The position numbers and the translations under genes are program-made. Under the pieces are notes generated by a model. The model was not told the DNA's origin and searched no databases. It saw only the letters and a list, made by a program, of their open reading frames with translations. Below are positions 10,597 through 23,476 of a DNA stretch of 64,000 nucleotides, one piece after another; the first letter of the stretch is position 1; each line of letters starts with the position of its first letter. The stretch is from Camelus dromedarius (taxonomy: Eukaryota): assembly GCF_036321535.1 (NCBI RefSeq), contig NC_087436.1, forward strand, positions 5,084,001 through 5,148,000. Reading direction: 5' to 3'.

Positions 10597-13500
10597 TTTT
10601 AATGTCCGAAAAAAAAGGTGTGCCTTTCACTCACTTTTCTACTTTCACTCTCATGGCGCAAACAAGCGTTGACCAGCCTGGACATCAGCACAGGTAGAAG
10701 AGGAGACCCACAGAAGGGTGGAAATGCTTCTTAGGACTCGGACCAGGCTCTCGGAGACTCTTGTCTGAACATTGTGGGTGTGTGCCTTTCAAGTCTCGAG
10801 CCTCGTGAGAGCAGACTGAGGCCCTTTTCTGGTGTCCCTCCCCAGTGGGATCAGAAATACTCAGGAAGAAAATTTCCCATGCACTCTGCCAACATATCAA
10901 CTCGACTCCCACATTACTCTCTTCTCAAATGAATTTTAATTTGCTTCAAAAAATAAACCCAGCACTCCCATAGAAGAAAACTCCTCACAGCTCAATGACA
11001 CTGTCAAGCAAAATCAAAAGGATGCTCAAAAATTGGTGGCTCAGAAGATGAACTCTGACCATTTGATTCTTGCACGAAACAGCTTCTGAGTAGCGTGAAT
11101 TTTTCTTAGATATTCCCAATGGCTGCCTCCTGCGGGACTGTCACAGATTGTGGAGCAGCAACTGCCTTGTTTCCAGGTCAGCAGAAGTGCTGCATCCTTC
11201 ACATATATCCAGAGGAAGTCAGCATCCAAGCTTCCCAGCCATCTCTCCATCAACAGACCACGCAGAAGGACCACGGAGATGGTGAACGACGCTCACCCTG
11301 ACAACTGGCAGCAGACAGAACCTACCTAAAGGAAATCAGAGTCAGCTAAAAGGACGTGAGGATGCTGACTGTTTCAATGTCCTTTTTGGTGTGATTTTTT
11401 TTCTGAGGGAAATGTGTGTATTGGATGCAAACACTAAAAGAGCTTTTGAAGGAAACTATTTATATCCCTTGGTCTATTTACATAACGATTAAGACGAGGG
11501 AAATGGGGACTATTAGCAATTGTCATTTTGTGGGGGAGGGAATTAGGTTTCTTTCTTTATTTTATTGTTGATGTGGCTAATGCAAAATTGAAAGCAGCAA
11601 ATTATGGCCAGTTTTACATTGTTCATGATTTGGAAGGCAAGTAACCAAAAACAACAGGTTTTCTCCTAGAGAAGAGGTACCATCCAGTCAATAGACCCCG
11701 CCAACTGGCAGGGCACTGAAACTGCCCTAAATCTAGTCTTATCTTTGGTTAAATCATCCTGTGATTCCCATTTGAAAGAATTTTACTTCAGGCAGCACGC
11801 ACATCTCATCAGATTGTCTTGGGAGAGTCCTGAAGAAATGGGATCCATGAAGAACTGGTTGGGTTGACATCACCGGAGGACCTCCGTGTCCAGGTACAGT
11901 GGGCCCTGTGGGGCAGTGCCCCTGGGGCCCTCGGGCATTGAATTCCTCAGTTCACCACGAAAGAACTTATTTTAATTCATGAACAATCTCTTTCTTCATA
12001 ATCTTTTTTTTGTAAAACTGGCAAAAAAGGTACCTAGAAACTAACTCGATTTAGATTACACATTCTTTCGTGCACTATTTGTAATGAGTAGTAGATTCGT
12101 CGTGATATTTTTAGCAGAAATAAAACAAGCTAAAGGGGAAAAAAAAAAGCATATAATATACGAAGTGAAACATTTATCACCACAGAGATAAATGATGGCT
12201 ATTTCATTTTCCAAAAACTACTTCTGTTGAATAACTCTTTCCAAAGCTGACTTTCAACCATCTCAGAAAGGATGACTTTCCTGAAGGCTCCTACAGGAGG
12301 TAACTGACACTTTAGATTTTCCAGAAGAACTCACTGGAGTAGAATGAACCCAGATAGGATAGTTATTTGCCAAAAAGTCAAAAGACCTGTGCTTGCAAAA
12401 CAGGACATGTCAGGCCTTGTTCAGTCTCTTTCCTCGGTGACGGAGTTCAAATCCCAGGTGTCATTGGAGTGGAACAAGCCCACCAAAAAATAAAATCAAC
12501 GAGGTCTCTCTAAGCACGTCGGGAGGTGGTACCTGACTGGGAAAGATGCTTGCTTCACGCTGTTGCACCCACTGTTTATACTGTGCTTGCCTAAAGCCCA
12601 GATCTACAATAAATTTGCAAAATTCCTGGGCTACTTTCACATTTCCTGTGTTAGGAAACGCCCTCTTTCCTGCACCATTTCACAGACATACCTATAAGTA
12701 GCTGCTCTTAAAATGGGAGAAACTAAAAGAAAACAACTCTTTTTAGAAATGACCCAGGTCAGGAGGCTTCCTGGTTTTTATTGCCACTTCAAAGCCAAAC
12801 CAGATAAACTAGCTTAAGGTACCACTTTGACACGGAATGGAATTTGATCCAGCTGTCTGAGGAGCATGAGGTTTGAGATCACAGGGATTTTGCTTGGAAG
12901 TCTCGCCTCTCACCCATATATGGCAGAACCCGCCGTGCACGCTGCTCGTTTGTGCCAAGAACCCCTCTCCACCAGCTGACCCACCAGACTTAGGACGTTC
13001 GCTGCTTCTGGTACGTCCACCCCTCTTTTCTGCAGAAAGTCACATGAGACTTGTGCGCTCTGACCCTCCATTTACACTTTTTATGTTTCCCCTCCAGGCT
13101 GCTCCGACCAGCAGCAGGGACCGCGAGCGGAATCCGGGATTGGAAGGTTACGAATGCTTGGACACCACGTGCTCCATCCCCTTAGAGATGCCTGGCTCGC
13201 ACATCCTGTCTGGGTTAATGCTGCTTTTCTAACTGCAGAGTGTCTGGAGCTCGCACCTGCCCAGGCCACCCTCGAAGGGTCACTGCTTGTTTCCAGTAGC
13301 GCTTGTGTGTCCCCTGACCTCTCTGTCCATCTCTGATGCTCTTAGGAGTTTCCTTGGAGACATTTTTAGCAGGAAATGTGTCCCTTGCTTCAGGCTACTC
13401 TGTTCTTCCAGTGTCTCAAAGCTAATTTGACTAAGTAACGTCTAAGCCTAGATATGACCAGATGACTTTCCAGATCAGACATGCGATAGCAGAGGTTTAA

Positions 13501-13752
13501 TGAGAAAACTTGGATTTCTCAAGGGGCTGCGAAGCTCGGCTGAGTTATTTGTGTTCTACGTAGGAAATAACCCAAGTCAAAGATAAATGTGACACTTCAA
13601 ATGGAATATCTGCTGACGTTTCTGGTGGCAGCTGCAAGGATGTCTAAGGTTTTCCATTTCTCTGTTCAGCTTTAATAATGAACTCGAGGTCCAAGAATCA
13701 TCTTTAAGAAAGAAGCAAGAGCTCAGTTTAGTCAAAAGCATTAGGCAGAAGC

Positions 13753-13890
13753 TGGGGGGAGGGTATAGCTCAAGCGGCAGAGCGCGTGCTTAGCATGCAG
13801 GGTTCAGTCCCCGGAACCGCCTCTAAAAATAAATAAATAATCTAATTTCTCCCCCTAAGAAAAACTAAAAAAAAAAAAAAAAAAAAAAAA
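13753..13890 (+). mobile_element. Camelid-type SINE, young copy with perfect 13-bp TSD
   Basis: gggagggtatagctcaagcggcagagcgcgtgcttagcatgca; long pure A tail; TSD attaggcagaagc at 13740-13752 and 13891-13903. Confidence 0.95.
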
Positions 13891-16800
13891 ATTAGGCAGA
13901 AGCAGGAAGCTGGAAGCTTAATCTTTTTCTTCTGAATGTCTACAATACAATACTAGGTTTAAAAATGACGAGGGGTTTACTAAGAAAGCTGGTAGCATCT
14001 GAATGCCAAAACATCAGGTTGCCACTATCACTACCTGACATTCTTTTTTAAGCTGGTGATTTCTATGAACTGTTTTGGTTCACATTTAAACTATTATCCT
14101 GAATTTTCAATCAAAATTTCTCACATGGAAAATGTGTACCCATAACTGGCATTTTTAATGGATCTGATAGTAACAACATTGTAACTTAAAAACGCTCGTG
14201 TTTTCCTTCCAGTTGAAGGTTTGTTTTCCCGCATTCAGGAGAGTATTTTTAAGAAAGTTTGGTGCATATAAATAGCCATTCCAATAACCAAATCTTGACA
14301 TAAACTGAATATTTGCAAATGTGCCAGAAATTCAGTGACATTATTTTGTTTTTGTTTTTTTTTTCCCCTCTATTTTTTCCATGGGCTCCAGCATTTGCTG
14401 TCTTAACTTGTGATTGGAAAAAAAACTACCCAAATAGGGCAAAAAGATGTTTCTGTCCTCTGAATTCAGCCAGAAAGTCAAGAGGAATCAACAAATATAC
14501 AGGGTCTTCTAACTGGGAAATACTGATGTGATCAAATGTTCCACGTGTAATAACACCGTCCTTTGAAGTTTGGCCAGGAGTGCCATTCACTCAAAAAGAA
14601 AAATCCACATTTAAAAAGTAGGGACGCTGGACCCTCTGATGACAGAAAGCTACGGGACAAGTGGATCTGGTCACTGTTAATCACAGAACCAAAAGGGTGC
14701 TAACAGTTGGTAAACCCCTCCATCAGTACTTTGAAGATGGCCCACATATGACATTAACCATGAATTAAGAACTATTAAGTATATATTCCTTTATTAATTT
14801 GTTAATTAATCATGAGTTAATACTGGAGAATAAATTTATTCTTTAGCTACCCAATAAAGCCTCATTTAACCATTTAATTCTTTGATTTTAAATGCTGACA
14901 AAGACATTTCACCAACATATTTTCCCTTATAAATCACATGTTTAAGCAATTCCTATTTCATATTTTTTTTATTTTGTCATGACTTGAAAATATGTAAAAG
15001 AAATTCCTTCCAGAAAGATGAGTACGTGTCCCATTGCTGACTTATCCCTTCCAAGTCTGGGTTTCCCCAACCAGCCCAAATGATGAATGTGGTGCTGTCT
15101 TACACATTGGAGGCCAGGCTGCCTGGTTACCAAATTGCAAACATTCATCCCACTGCCACCAAACTGTATCCCCCTTCACGATTTGTGGGCCTTAAAAAGA
15201 AAAGAGAAGAAAAGCAGAAAGAAAAGAAAGAAACCAGTAAGTTTCTGATAGAATGGAACATTTAAATTCACATGTTTGCACTGCCCACAAAAGCAGACCA
15301 TTTCCATTTTTCAACCCAAAAAAGCTGCTTCTTCCTATGAAAAAGTATCTGCCTTAAACTAGAAATGAAAAATAATTATGTGACAGAAGATAGGGGACCG
15401 CATCATCATACACACGCCCAGAATTCAGTAGGTTGTGTTACTCACCTTCAGTCCGTGGGGACCCCCCCATGTGACCACCCTCATCAATGTTAGGTGACCA
15501 CACAGCTTGTTCCTTGTTCCCTGACCACATGCCTCCTTGATCACCCGATTGTCTGACCCAGCCTCTGAAATGCCGCCGTCCACATCCATCTCAGAGAACC
15601 AGCCATGCTGTGAGGAGTGATGGAGATAAACGTGGAAAGGGGGCCACTGCACCAGTGACTTGCCCCTCGTCTGCAGCAGCAGCTGAAATACCACCAGTTA
15701 GAACTGCTTCTTTCCATTTCTGCCTTTCACGCCCCTTCAGAAGTCCCAGCAAATTAAACTGAGTCACACAGAACCAGATGACATCCTCTTCCCTTCCCGG
15801 AGAGATCCAGAACTCTCTGGGAGACGGGACGTCCGGAGAACGCAGAGACACGCGCTCTGAACACAGCTGGGGGTGCAGGGACAGAAGGGTGAGCCTCTCA
15901 GGGCAGAGTCTCCCTGAGGTGATGACCAGGCATTCCTTGTGCTTCCTCCTGTCTCTCTGCCTTTACCTGTTCATTCTTCAGTCTCTGAGCCTGGACTGCT
16001 TGCTCTCAACGGCAACTGCTCCTAGTGCTCCTTGAGGGGTCACGGTAGACTTAGCTGAGGCCACCTCAGCAAATTCTCCTGAAGGAGAACACCTGAGCAT
16101 GTGACAGCTCGGTGAGCGACTGTTTCTGTCCCAGCATTCCGACCTGCATGTGGACTCTGTCGTCATGGAAGGGTCGTTTTTCTTGTATTAAGAACATAGT
16201 AAAATCTTTCACATCATACAATTATTCTATAGTTAAATCACTCTACTCTTAGAAAAATATCTACTTAGATAATGATGTATTTGATATGCTACTCTGGAAA
16301 GTTTAGGAGCTGTAAGGGATGGTTAGGAGGCTCTCCCCCAGCTCGTCGTGAAAGCAAAGGAGGAAAAAAAATGTGCTTGGGTAAAGAATTTAACATCCTG
16401 GTGGAAATTCCGTAAATACTGAATGATGTTTACCAGGCCTCTACCTACCTCTGCAAAGAAAAAGAAGAAAGGGGAGGAAAAAAGAAAGCATGCTTTTGAT
16501 CTGTGATGCAATGCTTAAACGCCCTACAGAAGGTCATCTGGTTCCTTTCCCTGTGGTAGCTGAGCTGGAGAGACAGCCGCTCCGCACTCCACTCCCCATG
16601 GTCAAGTGTATCAGCTGATGCAAGGATCACGAACCGGGTCCTCAGTGCAGAACCAAAAAGGAACCCAGAGATTCTCAAATGTACTGCAGTTTTCTTCCAG
16701 CCGGGGAAGAAGTGTTCTGGGGCATTGCACACATTTTCCCCCTTTATTTACATGCTTTCAGAGAGCCCTCTGGCTCACCTTAGAATATGATTTATGTATC

Positions 16801-17270
16801 ATGGTGCCTTGGAAGGCAAAGAAATGTTCACTCTTTCCAAGCAGGCTGCATTCTTCTTTTACCTGTTTTAACAGAATTGCTTTCCAATAACAAAACTCAT
16901 CAGATTTCAAACCAAAATACACTGGATCAAGAGGGTTTGGCACCGGCAATCAGGGAAGACATCCCTACTTGAAATTGCAGAGATCAACGTGATGACATTT
17001 ACACGTGCGCAAGTGTTAACATGGTAGAGGGAGCAGGGAAGCCCTCTTACCCCTTTCCGTTTCACTGGATATGTGATGGAAGGACGGACAGATGGACAGA
17101 TGGATGGATACTTCATCACTGGAGGCTGCCTGACATCTTTGAAATGCAATATCCTTCTCTATTGGGTATTTCCCACATTATGAGCCCCAAAACTCACACC
17201 CTTGGGCTCCTCTGCAGCACAAGACATAGGTCCTACAGGTCAGAATTACCCAGTCAATATCTGGATTCAA

Positions 17271-17740
17271 GAGTGAACTTATCTACAAAACAGAAACAGA
17301 CTTGCAGACATAATGAACAATCTTACGGTTATGGGGGAAAGAGGGTGGGAAGGGATACATTTGGGAGTTTGAGATTTACAAATGTTAACCACTGTGTATA
17401 AAAATAGATAAACAAATTTCTTCTGTACAGCACAGGGAACTATATTCAATATTTTGTAGTAACCTATAATGAAAAACAGTATGGGGGGGAGGGCGTAGCT
17501 CAAGTGGTAGAGCACATGCTTAGCATGCATGAGGTTCAATCCCCAGTACCTCCTCCAAAAAATAAAAAAAGTAAGCCTAATCAACCCCCAATAAGATTTT
17601 TTTTAATTTTAAAAAAAAGAGTATGAAAATGAATGTGTGTATGTACATACATGCCTGGGACAGTGCACTGTACACCAGAAATTAACACGTTATAACTGAC
17701 TGTACTTCAATAAAAATACATAATTTTTTATTTAAAAAAA
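17271..17740 (+). mobile_element. L1 3' UTR fragment with nested SINE
   Basis: gtgaacttatctacaaaacagaaacagac...cacagggaactatattcaa...tgtacaccagaaattaac...tacttcaataaaaa. Confidence 0.92.
17483..17613 (+). mobile_element. Camelid-type SINE inserted in L1 3' UTR
   Basis: gggagggcgtagctcaagtggtagagcacatgcttagcatgcatgagg; TSD aaaaa(c/g)agtat at 17472-17482 and 17614-17624. Confidence 0.92.
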
Positions 17741-17902
17741 GAGGAAGCTATCATATTGGGGAACTGAACTCCTAACAGATGCTTCTGGAGAGCCTCTGGG
17801 TTGTGATTGGATATGGTCTTGCCTGTGTTTCTGAAATCTGACTCTCTGGTCATCCTGGCAATAACCTCTAGAGGAACCTTTTTCACCAAGACAAATTTTC
17901 TT

Positions 17903-18121
17903 TTTTTTTTTTTTTTTTATTGAGTCATAATCAGTTTACAATGTTGTGTCAATTTCTGGTGTACAGCACAAATTTTCAGTCATACCTGAATATACGTATA
18001 TTCATTTTTACATTCCTTTTAACCATGAGCTACTACAAGATCTTGTATATATTTCCCTGTGCTATACAGTATAAATTTGTTTATCTGTTCTATATATACC
18101 TGTCAGTATCTGCAAATTTCG
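17903..18121 (-). mobile_element. L1 3'-end fragment with TSD
   Basis: Long poly-T plus cagtttacaatgttgtgtcaatttctggtgtacagc; TSD aattttctt at 17894-17902 and 18122-18130. Confidence 0.92.
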
Positions 18122-19595
18122 AATTTTCTTAAAGGATGTATGCAATCCCTGAAATAAAAAAGAAACACGGTAATGTTTGTCATTACGTCACATTACGTTA
18201 CAAATGAACTTTGGCATTGCAAAACCAACTTTGTCATTACCACAAAAAATAAAAATAAATACAAACATTGTAGAATTATCAAAACCTTTGGGAGCACACT
18301 TAAAGAAAAATAAGAAGCATCTGTGTGACTTTTACTGAATCGTGCGGTGAAGAGGAGAGATTTGGATGGTAGCCTGAAGGGTTATGGCTGAAACGGCAGA
18401 AGAGAGACCCTGGGGTGAGGTACAGTCCTCAGGAGAGGAGATTCAAGCAAAGAGCAGAAACGTTTAAAGGGGTCTAGAGGAGGAAGGTGTGGCAGGCAGT
18501 GCGAAATGCAAACCTCCTTTCCTCCCCGCGAAACATTTAGTAAACTCTGCATTGTCTGTAAAGCACTTGGAGTTAAGTTGGAGTCAAGGAGACAGTAAGA
18601 TACCGAGAGTCGCTCAGAACGAGTGAACTCAGGTTGAAATCAACAAAAAGCCTTCCTTTCATTGGGGCATGAGGATTCCATCAACTAGGTGTCTCTGAGG
18701 CGCCAGTGGGAGAGGATAATTAATCAAGGTGAACCTTTGAAAAATAAAAGCTACCTATGGGTCGTGACGGTGTGACCGGGGGCATCTGAGGGGCGGTTTG
18801 TGCTCTCAGAGGGGATTACGCACAACGGCAGGAATCCATCAGTGCACCGCCGGCTACTGCTTTTAGCGGGGAGGGCGTCCTATGACCCACCCAGTTATCT
18901 AAAGGACGGGCAGTTAGCTCACCTGGCGGCGAGGCCGTCTCAGCGTTCATACCAGGAGATCAGTGCTCTAAAGTGGTAATAAATCTGGGATTGTCTCAGA
19001 AAAACAGAAGGGGACTCGCAAAGACTCCGGAGAACACAGAGCTAGTGATGCGAATGATCGCTGCTGTTTTCTTCTGCTTCTTCTCCATAAAACGCTAATG
19101 GACTAAAGAGAACATCTGATTCATTTCTCACTGTCTTGACAGAGAACATCCAGTTAATCCTGGGAGTTATCTCCTAAGACCTTGCGTGCCTCCGTGAAAG
19201 GTCATTCCATGACCCTTGTTCTTAGTCCATTCCAGAGCCAAGGCCTTCTGACCAAATTCTCAAACATTTCCGCACTATATTTCAGCTCAGTAATGGGCTA
19301 CATTTTCACACAGGACCCAAAATCCATCCTGGAACGCTTCCCTTTGCCAGAAGAACCTGTCTGGGCCTCTTTCCAACAGAGTCGTTCTGCAAATCTCTCC
19401 CAGAATGTGCATACTCCCTTTCCTTCTAACCCTGATTCTACCTGATTCCTAGTCAAATCCATTCTTCTGGCTTCTCAGTTGCCTTGATTTCTCCATTCAC
19501 TGCTGACCGAAGGCTCACCTGGTGGCAAGCAAACTTTTAACTGCTCAGATGTATGGAGGTGAACTATAAGACTTACAAGAATGATCCAAAATTCA

Positions 19596-20583
19596 ATAGA
19601 ATCACTTGTGTCTTTTTTTTTTTAATATTCCAGATATGAATGATATCATGTGGTGTTTTTCTTTCTCTTTCTGGGTTACTTCTCTTAGAATGATGATCTC
19701 TCGGTTCATTCATGTTGCTGAAAATGGCATTATTTCATTCTTTTTTGTAACTGAATAGTATTCCATTGTGTAAATATACCACAGCCATCTGTCAATGGAC
19801 ATTTAGGTTGCTTCCAATTACAAAACAGAAACAGGCTCACAGACATTAAAAATAAACTTACGGTTACCAGGGGGGAAGAAGAGTGCAAAAGGATAAATTG
19901 GGAGGTCAAGATTTGCAAATACTAATGACAATATATGAAATAGATATGTTTGTATCTGTTAAACCCAAACTACTAATTTCTCTCTCCCTACTCTTTCCCT
20001 CACCAGTAACCATGTTTGTTGTCTATGTCTGTGAATCTCTGTTTTATAAATAAGTTCATTTGTGTCTTTTTTTAGGTTCCACATGTAAGAAATATCATAT
20101 GATATTTTTCTTTCTCTGTCTGACTTACTTCACTTAGAATGACATTCTCCAGATCCGTTCATGTTGCTGCAAATGGCATTATTTTATTTTTTATGGCTGA
20201 GTAGTATTCCATTGTATAAATACACCACAGCTTCTTTATCTAGACATCTGTTCATGGACATTTGGGTTGTTTCCATGTCTTGGCTATCATAAATAGTGCT
20301 GCTATGAACATTGTGGTGCATATCTTTTCCCATTAGAGTTCCCTACAGATATATGCCCAGGAGTGGGATTGCTGGATCACATGGTAGGTCTATGTTCAGT
20401 TTTTGAAGGAACCTCCATACTGTCCTCCATAGTGGCTGCACCAGTCTGCACTCCCACCCACAGTGTGGGAGGGTTCCCTTTTCTCCACACCCTCTCCAGC
20501 ATTTATCATTTGTAGAGTTTTTGATACAAACCATTCTGACTGGTGTGAGATGACACCTTATGAGAGTTTTGATTTGTGTTTCC
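19596..20583 (-). mobile_element. Composite L1 (antisense/sense/antisense pieces; ORF2 C-terminus and 3' UTR)
   Basis: ORF 20343..20621(-) gives [14 protein letters not shown]...[33 protein letters not shown]...DPAIPLLGIY, the L1 ORF2 Cys-rich C-terminus. A sense piece lies at about 19819-19945. Confidence 0.92.
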
Positions 20584-21859
20584 TTACTTCCATCTGGTGT
20601 TTTAAGGCTTGACACCCACACTCTCTCTGCTCCTTCAGTGATGCTCCAACACTGCTCAGTCTCCCCGTTGGCCTGTGATCTGTCCTACTTATTAATCATA
20701 TCATGTCCTCTTTGCAACAGGCTATTTCAGCTCACTTTGACTTTCTTCTGTGCTTTGGTCCAAACTGGGCTCTCTTACCTTCAGTGCATATGTGAACTTT
20801 TTGTCTCCCACAACACAAAGAAAATAGTAACTCCTTCAGTTTCTTGTATTTCAAGCCCTCCCCACCCCACACACACACATACCTGTAAATACGTTTCCCT
20901 TCAAACCCAACCTTTACAACTGGGTTAGTGGTCCATCTTTTCCTGAGGACGTCAGCCCTTTAGAAATGGAGAGTGGAAGAGAGGGCAGGGATCATGACTG
21001 TCATATTTGTACACTCGGTGATACAGGAAGGCTTGGAACATAGTATTGATAAACATTTCTTCATTTTTCTTTCTCATTAAGATAGGGGGGAAAAATAAAG
21101 AGGAGGAAAAGAGCCAGGAGAAGAGACGTTAACGTTTAGTTACTATTACCATATGCTGACCACTGCTAGATGGTTGTCCTTTATAATATGTGGATGCTAT
21201 GACTTTCTCCCTTTAACAAAGGAAACACTGCTTTTTGGGGGTGTTGTGTGATTATCAATGGGCTCCCAAGAGCAGGGCTGGGATTGAAGCCAGGCACCTG
21301 CCGCCAGTTACCTTCACCACCGCTGAGTGAAGGATGCCAAAGAGAACACAGTAGGATGTCAGCACTTTGCCCCTATGATACGCAGAGCTCCCAGCAGGAG
21401 AGCGGAGAACACAGCCAGGCTAGTGGGCTTGACGAACTGCAGAATGTCTTCATCTCCGCTGAAGAGGAAAACAAATTAAGATTGAAGACATGATTTGAGA
21501 CGGGATTCCAAATGGCCTTAAAGAAATGAAATAAACTTTCTTGGCAGTGGAGAAGCACTGTGAACTATGAATTTAAAAAAAAAATGCAATGAAATATATT
21601 TCCTATTTAGAAGAGTCAAGGTGTTAGGATAAGAATTATAAAGAGAGCAGATTAAAATATCCCAAACCTTAAGAACTAGGAGCTTACAGGGAAGGTAGAC
21701 CTTAATTACAAATGAGAAGATAGAAAATGATTCCTGTAAAAATAAGTTTTGTGGGACATAAGGAAAAGTAGAGATTTTTCTTTTAAAGATAAGGGGGTGA
21801 CATTTATGAAGGGTGACATTTTATAGACACCAAAAGAAATAGAAAAAAAAAAAAATCTA

Positions 21860-22600
21860 GGGCTGGAAGAAAGCTCACTTGGGGTGGAGGAAACAGCCCA
21901 GCAAAAGTGCTGAGGTGGAAAAGTGGGGGTAAAAGTTAAGAGCGCAGCTTGACCGCGGTGCTCAGTCTGAGAGGGCAGCCGTCAGGGGCATGGTCCACGA
22001 GGTAGGTAAGTCCGGGACCCATCACCTCTGCCTGCGTCCTTCCTGCATCAGATCATGGGACTCCCTCTGTGTGTCAGCTGGAAAATCACATTATCATAAC
22101 TGGGGTTGAAGGAACTAATCTGACAGACCGTGAGCTGTGAAATAGAAGCTATTTATGAAAAAAGTAAATTTGATGGAGCTTGAGATGAACTGAGTCTGCC
22201 GGACGAGGGAGGGGGGAAATCACTCGCAAGTCACGCCAGCATTCCAGGGGCGTGGTCTAACGAGGAAGGTTTTAGGAAGATCAGGCCAGGGGAACGGTGC
22301 ACACAGAAGAATGATCAGTGAAGAAGCAAGATTTATCGTGGAGGGAAGCTGACCAACGCAGGGCTGAGAGTTCCGAACAGGCAACAGGAAGCTGGGGCTG
22401 GGGGGGGGGGGGGGGTTGGTCCTGAAACATATTTCAAAACGAGAACTGACAAGAATTGATGTTAGAATGAATGCAATTAGTGAACGTCACAGAATCAAAG
22501 CCAGATCTCAGGCCCTACACTGGAGAAGTCTGTGGTCCACAGACAGCACTGAGGAGTTTACTAGGATGAAAAGTTTGTTTTAAAATGGGATAAAGATAAA
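21860..22600 (-). mobile_element. Degraded L2 fragments
   Basis: gaggaaacagcccagcaaaagtgctgaggtggaaaag and gagaactgacaagaattgatgttagaatgaatg resemble antisense L2. Confidence 0.45.
22394..22415. repeat. Poly-G tract (G16 preceded by G4)
   Basis: ggggctgggggggggggggggg by direct inspection. Confidence 0.95.
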
Positions 22601-23243
22601 CTCAAACGTGGGCGCGCTGAGTCGCATGAGTTCCACGATTCACCTCAACCAAGTCTTCCTAGTTATTCTTACACACATCCCTCGTTTCCAAGATTCAGCC
22701 CTACACATCAGAAGTTCAGCTCCTCAGACACTCTCCAGACATTTGCTACTTCTCAATATCCTGAGTAACCATTCGCTTCTGTTTTCAGTCTTGTCGCTAT
22801 TCCTATAGCAGAGGGAGAGAGAACAAAGGTAATATTGGTCTAAACTTTCTGTGCTCTAACTTTTTGGTTATACAGGAACCAGAAATGATAGTCACAGCTG
22901 AGATGGAAACTCAGTCCCTCACAATGTCTTATCTGGCCATTGGTGTGAAGTAAAGCATCTAAAACCATCCCTGGCCATATGAAACTTACAGACTGTAAGA
23001 AAAATTGTCAGATGCCTTTGATCTCTTTTAGCAATACGAGCCAAAACAGACAGTCATACAAAGGGCAGACCGATTAAGGTTGTTTAAAGCATAAACCAGA
23101 TAAAACTATCAAATACCAGATTATTAGAAAAATGATCAGAGAGAACGATACAGAGTCAAATATAAGTGGGAAAAAATTTTCCTGCAGATTTTTTTAAATG
23201 GTTAATCAAATTCTTAAGCCGTATTTAAATGGCCTTAAAAAGC

Positions 23244-23476
23244 TTTTTTTTAAAGTATAGTCAGTTACAATGTGTCAATTTCTGATGTACAGCATAACGT
23301 CCCAGTCATGCACGTACATACGTACATTCGTCTTCATATTATTTTTCATTAAAAGTTATCACAAGATATTGAATATGGTTCCCTGTGCTACAAAGAAGAA
23401 ATTTTGTTTTTTAATCTATTTTTATGTATCGTAGTTAACAATTGCAAATCTCAAACTCCCGAATGTATCCTTTCCC
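23244..23476 (-). mobile_element. L1 3'-end fragment
   Basis: aagtatagtcagttacaatgtgtcaatttctgatgtacagc...gcaaatctcaaactccc. Confidence 0.92.
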
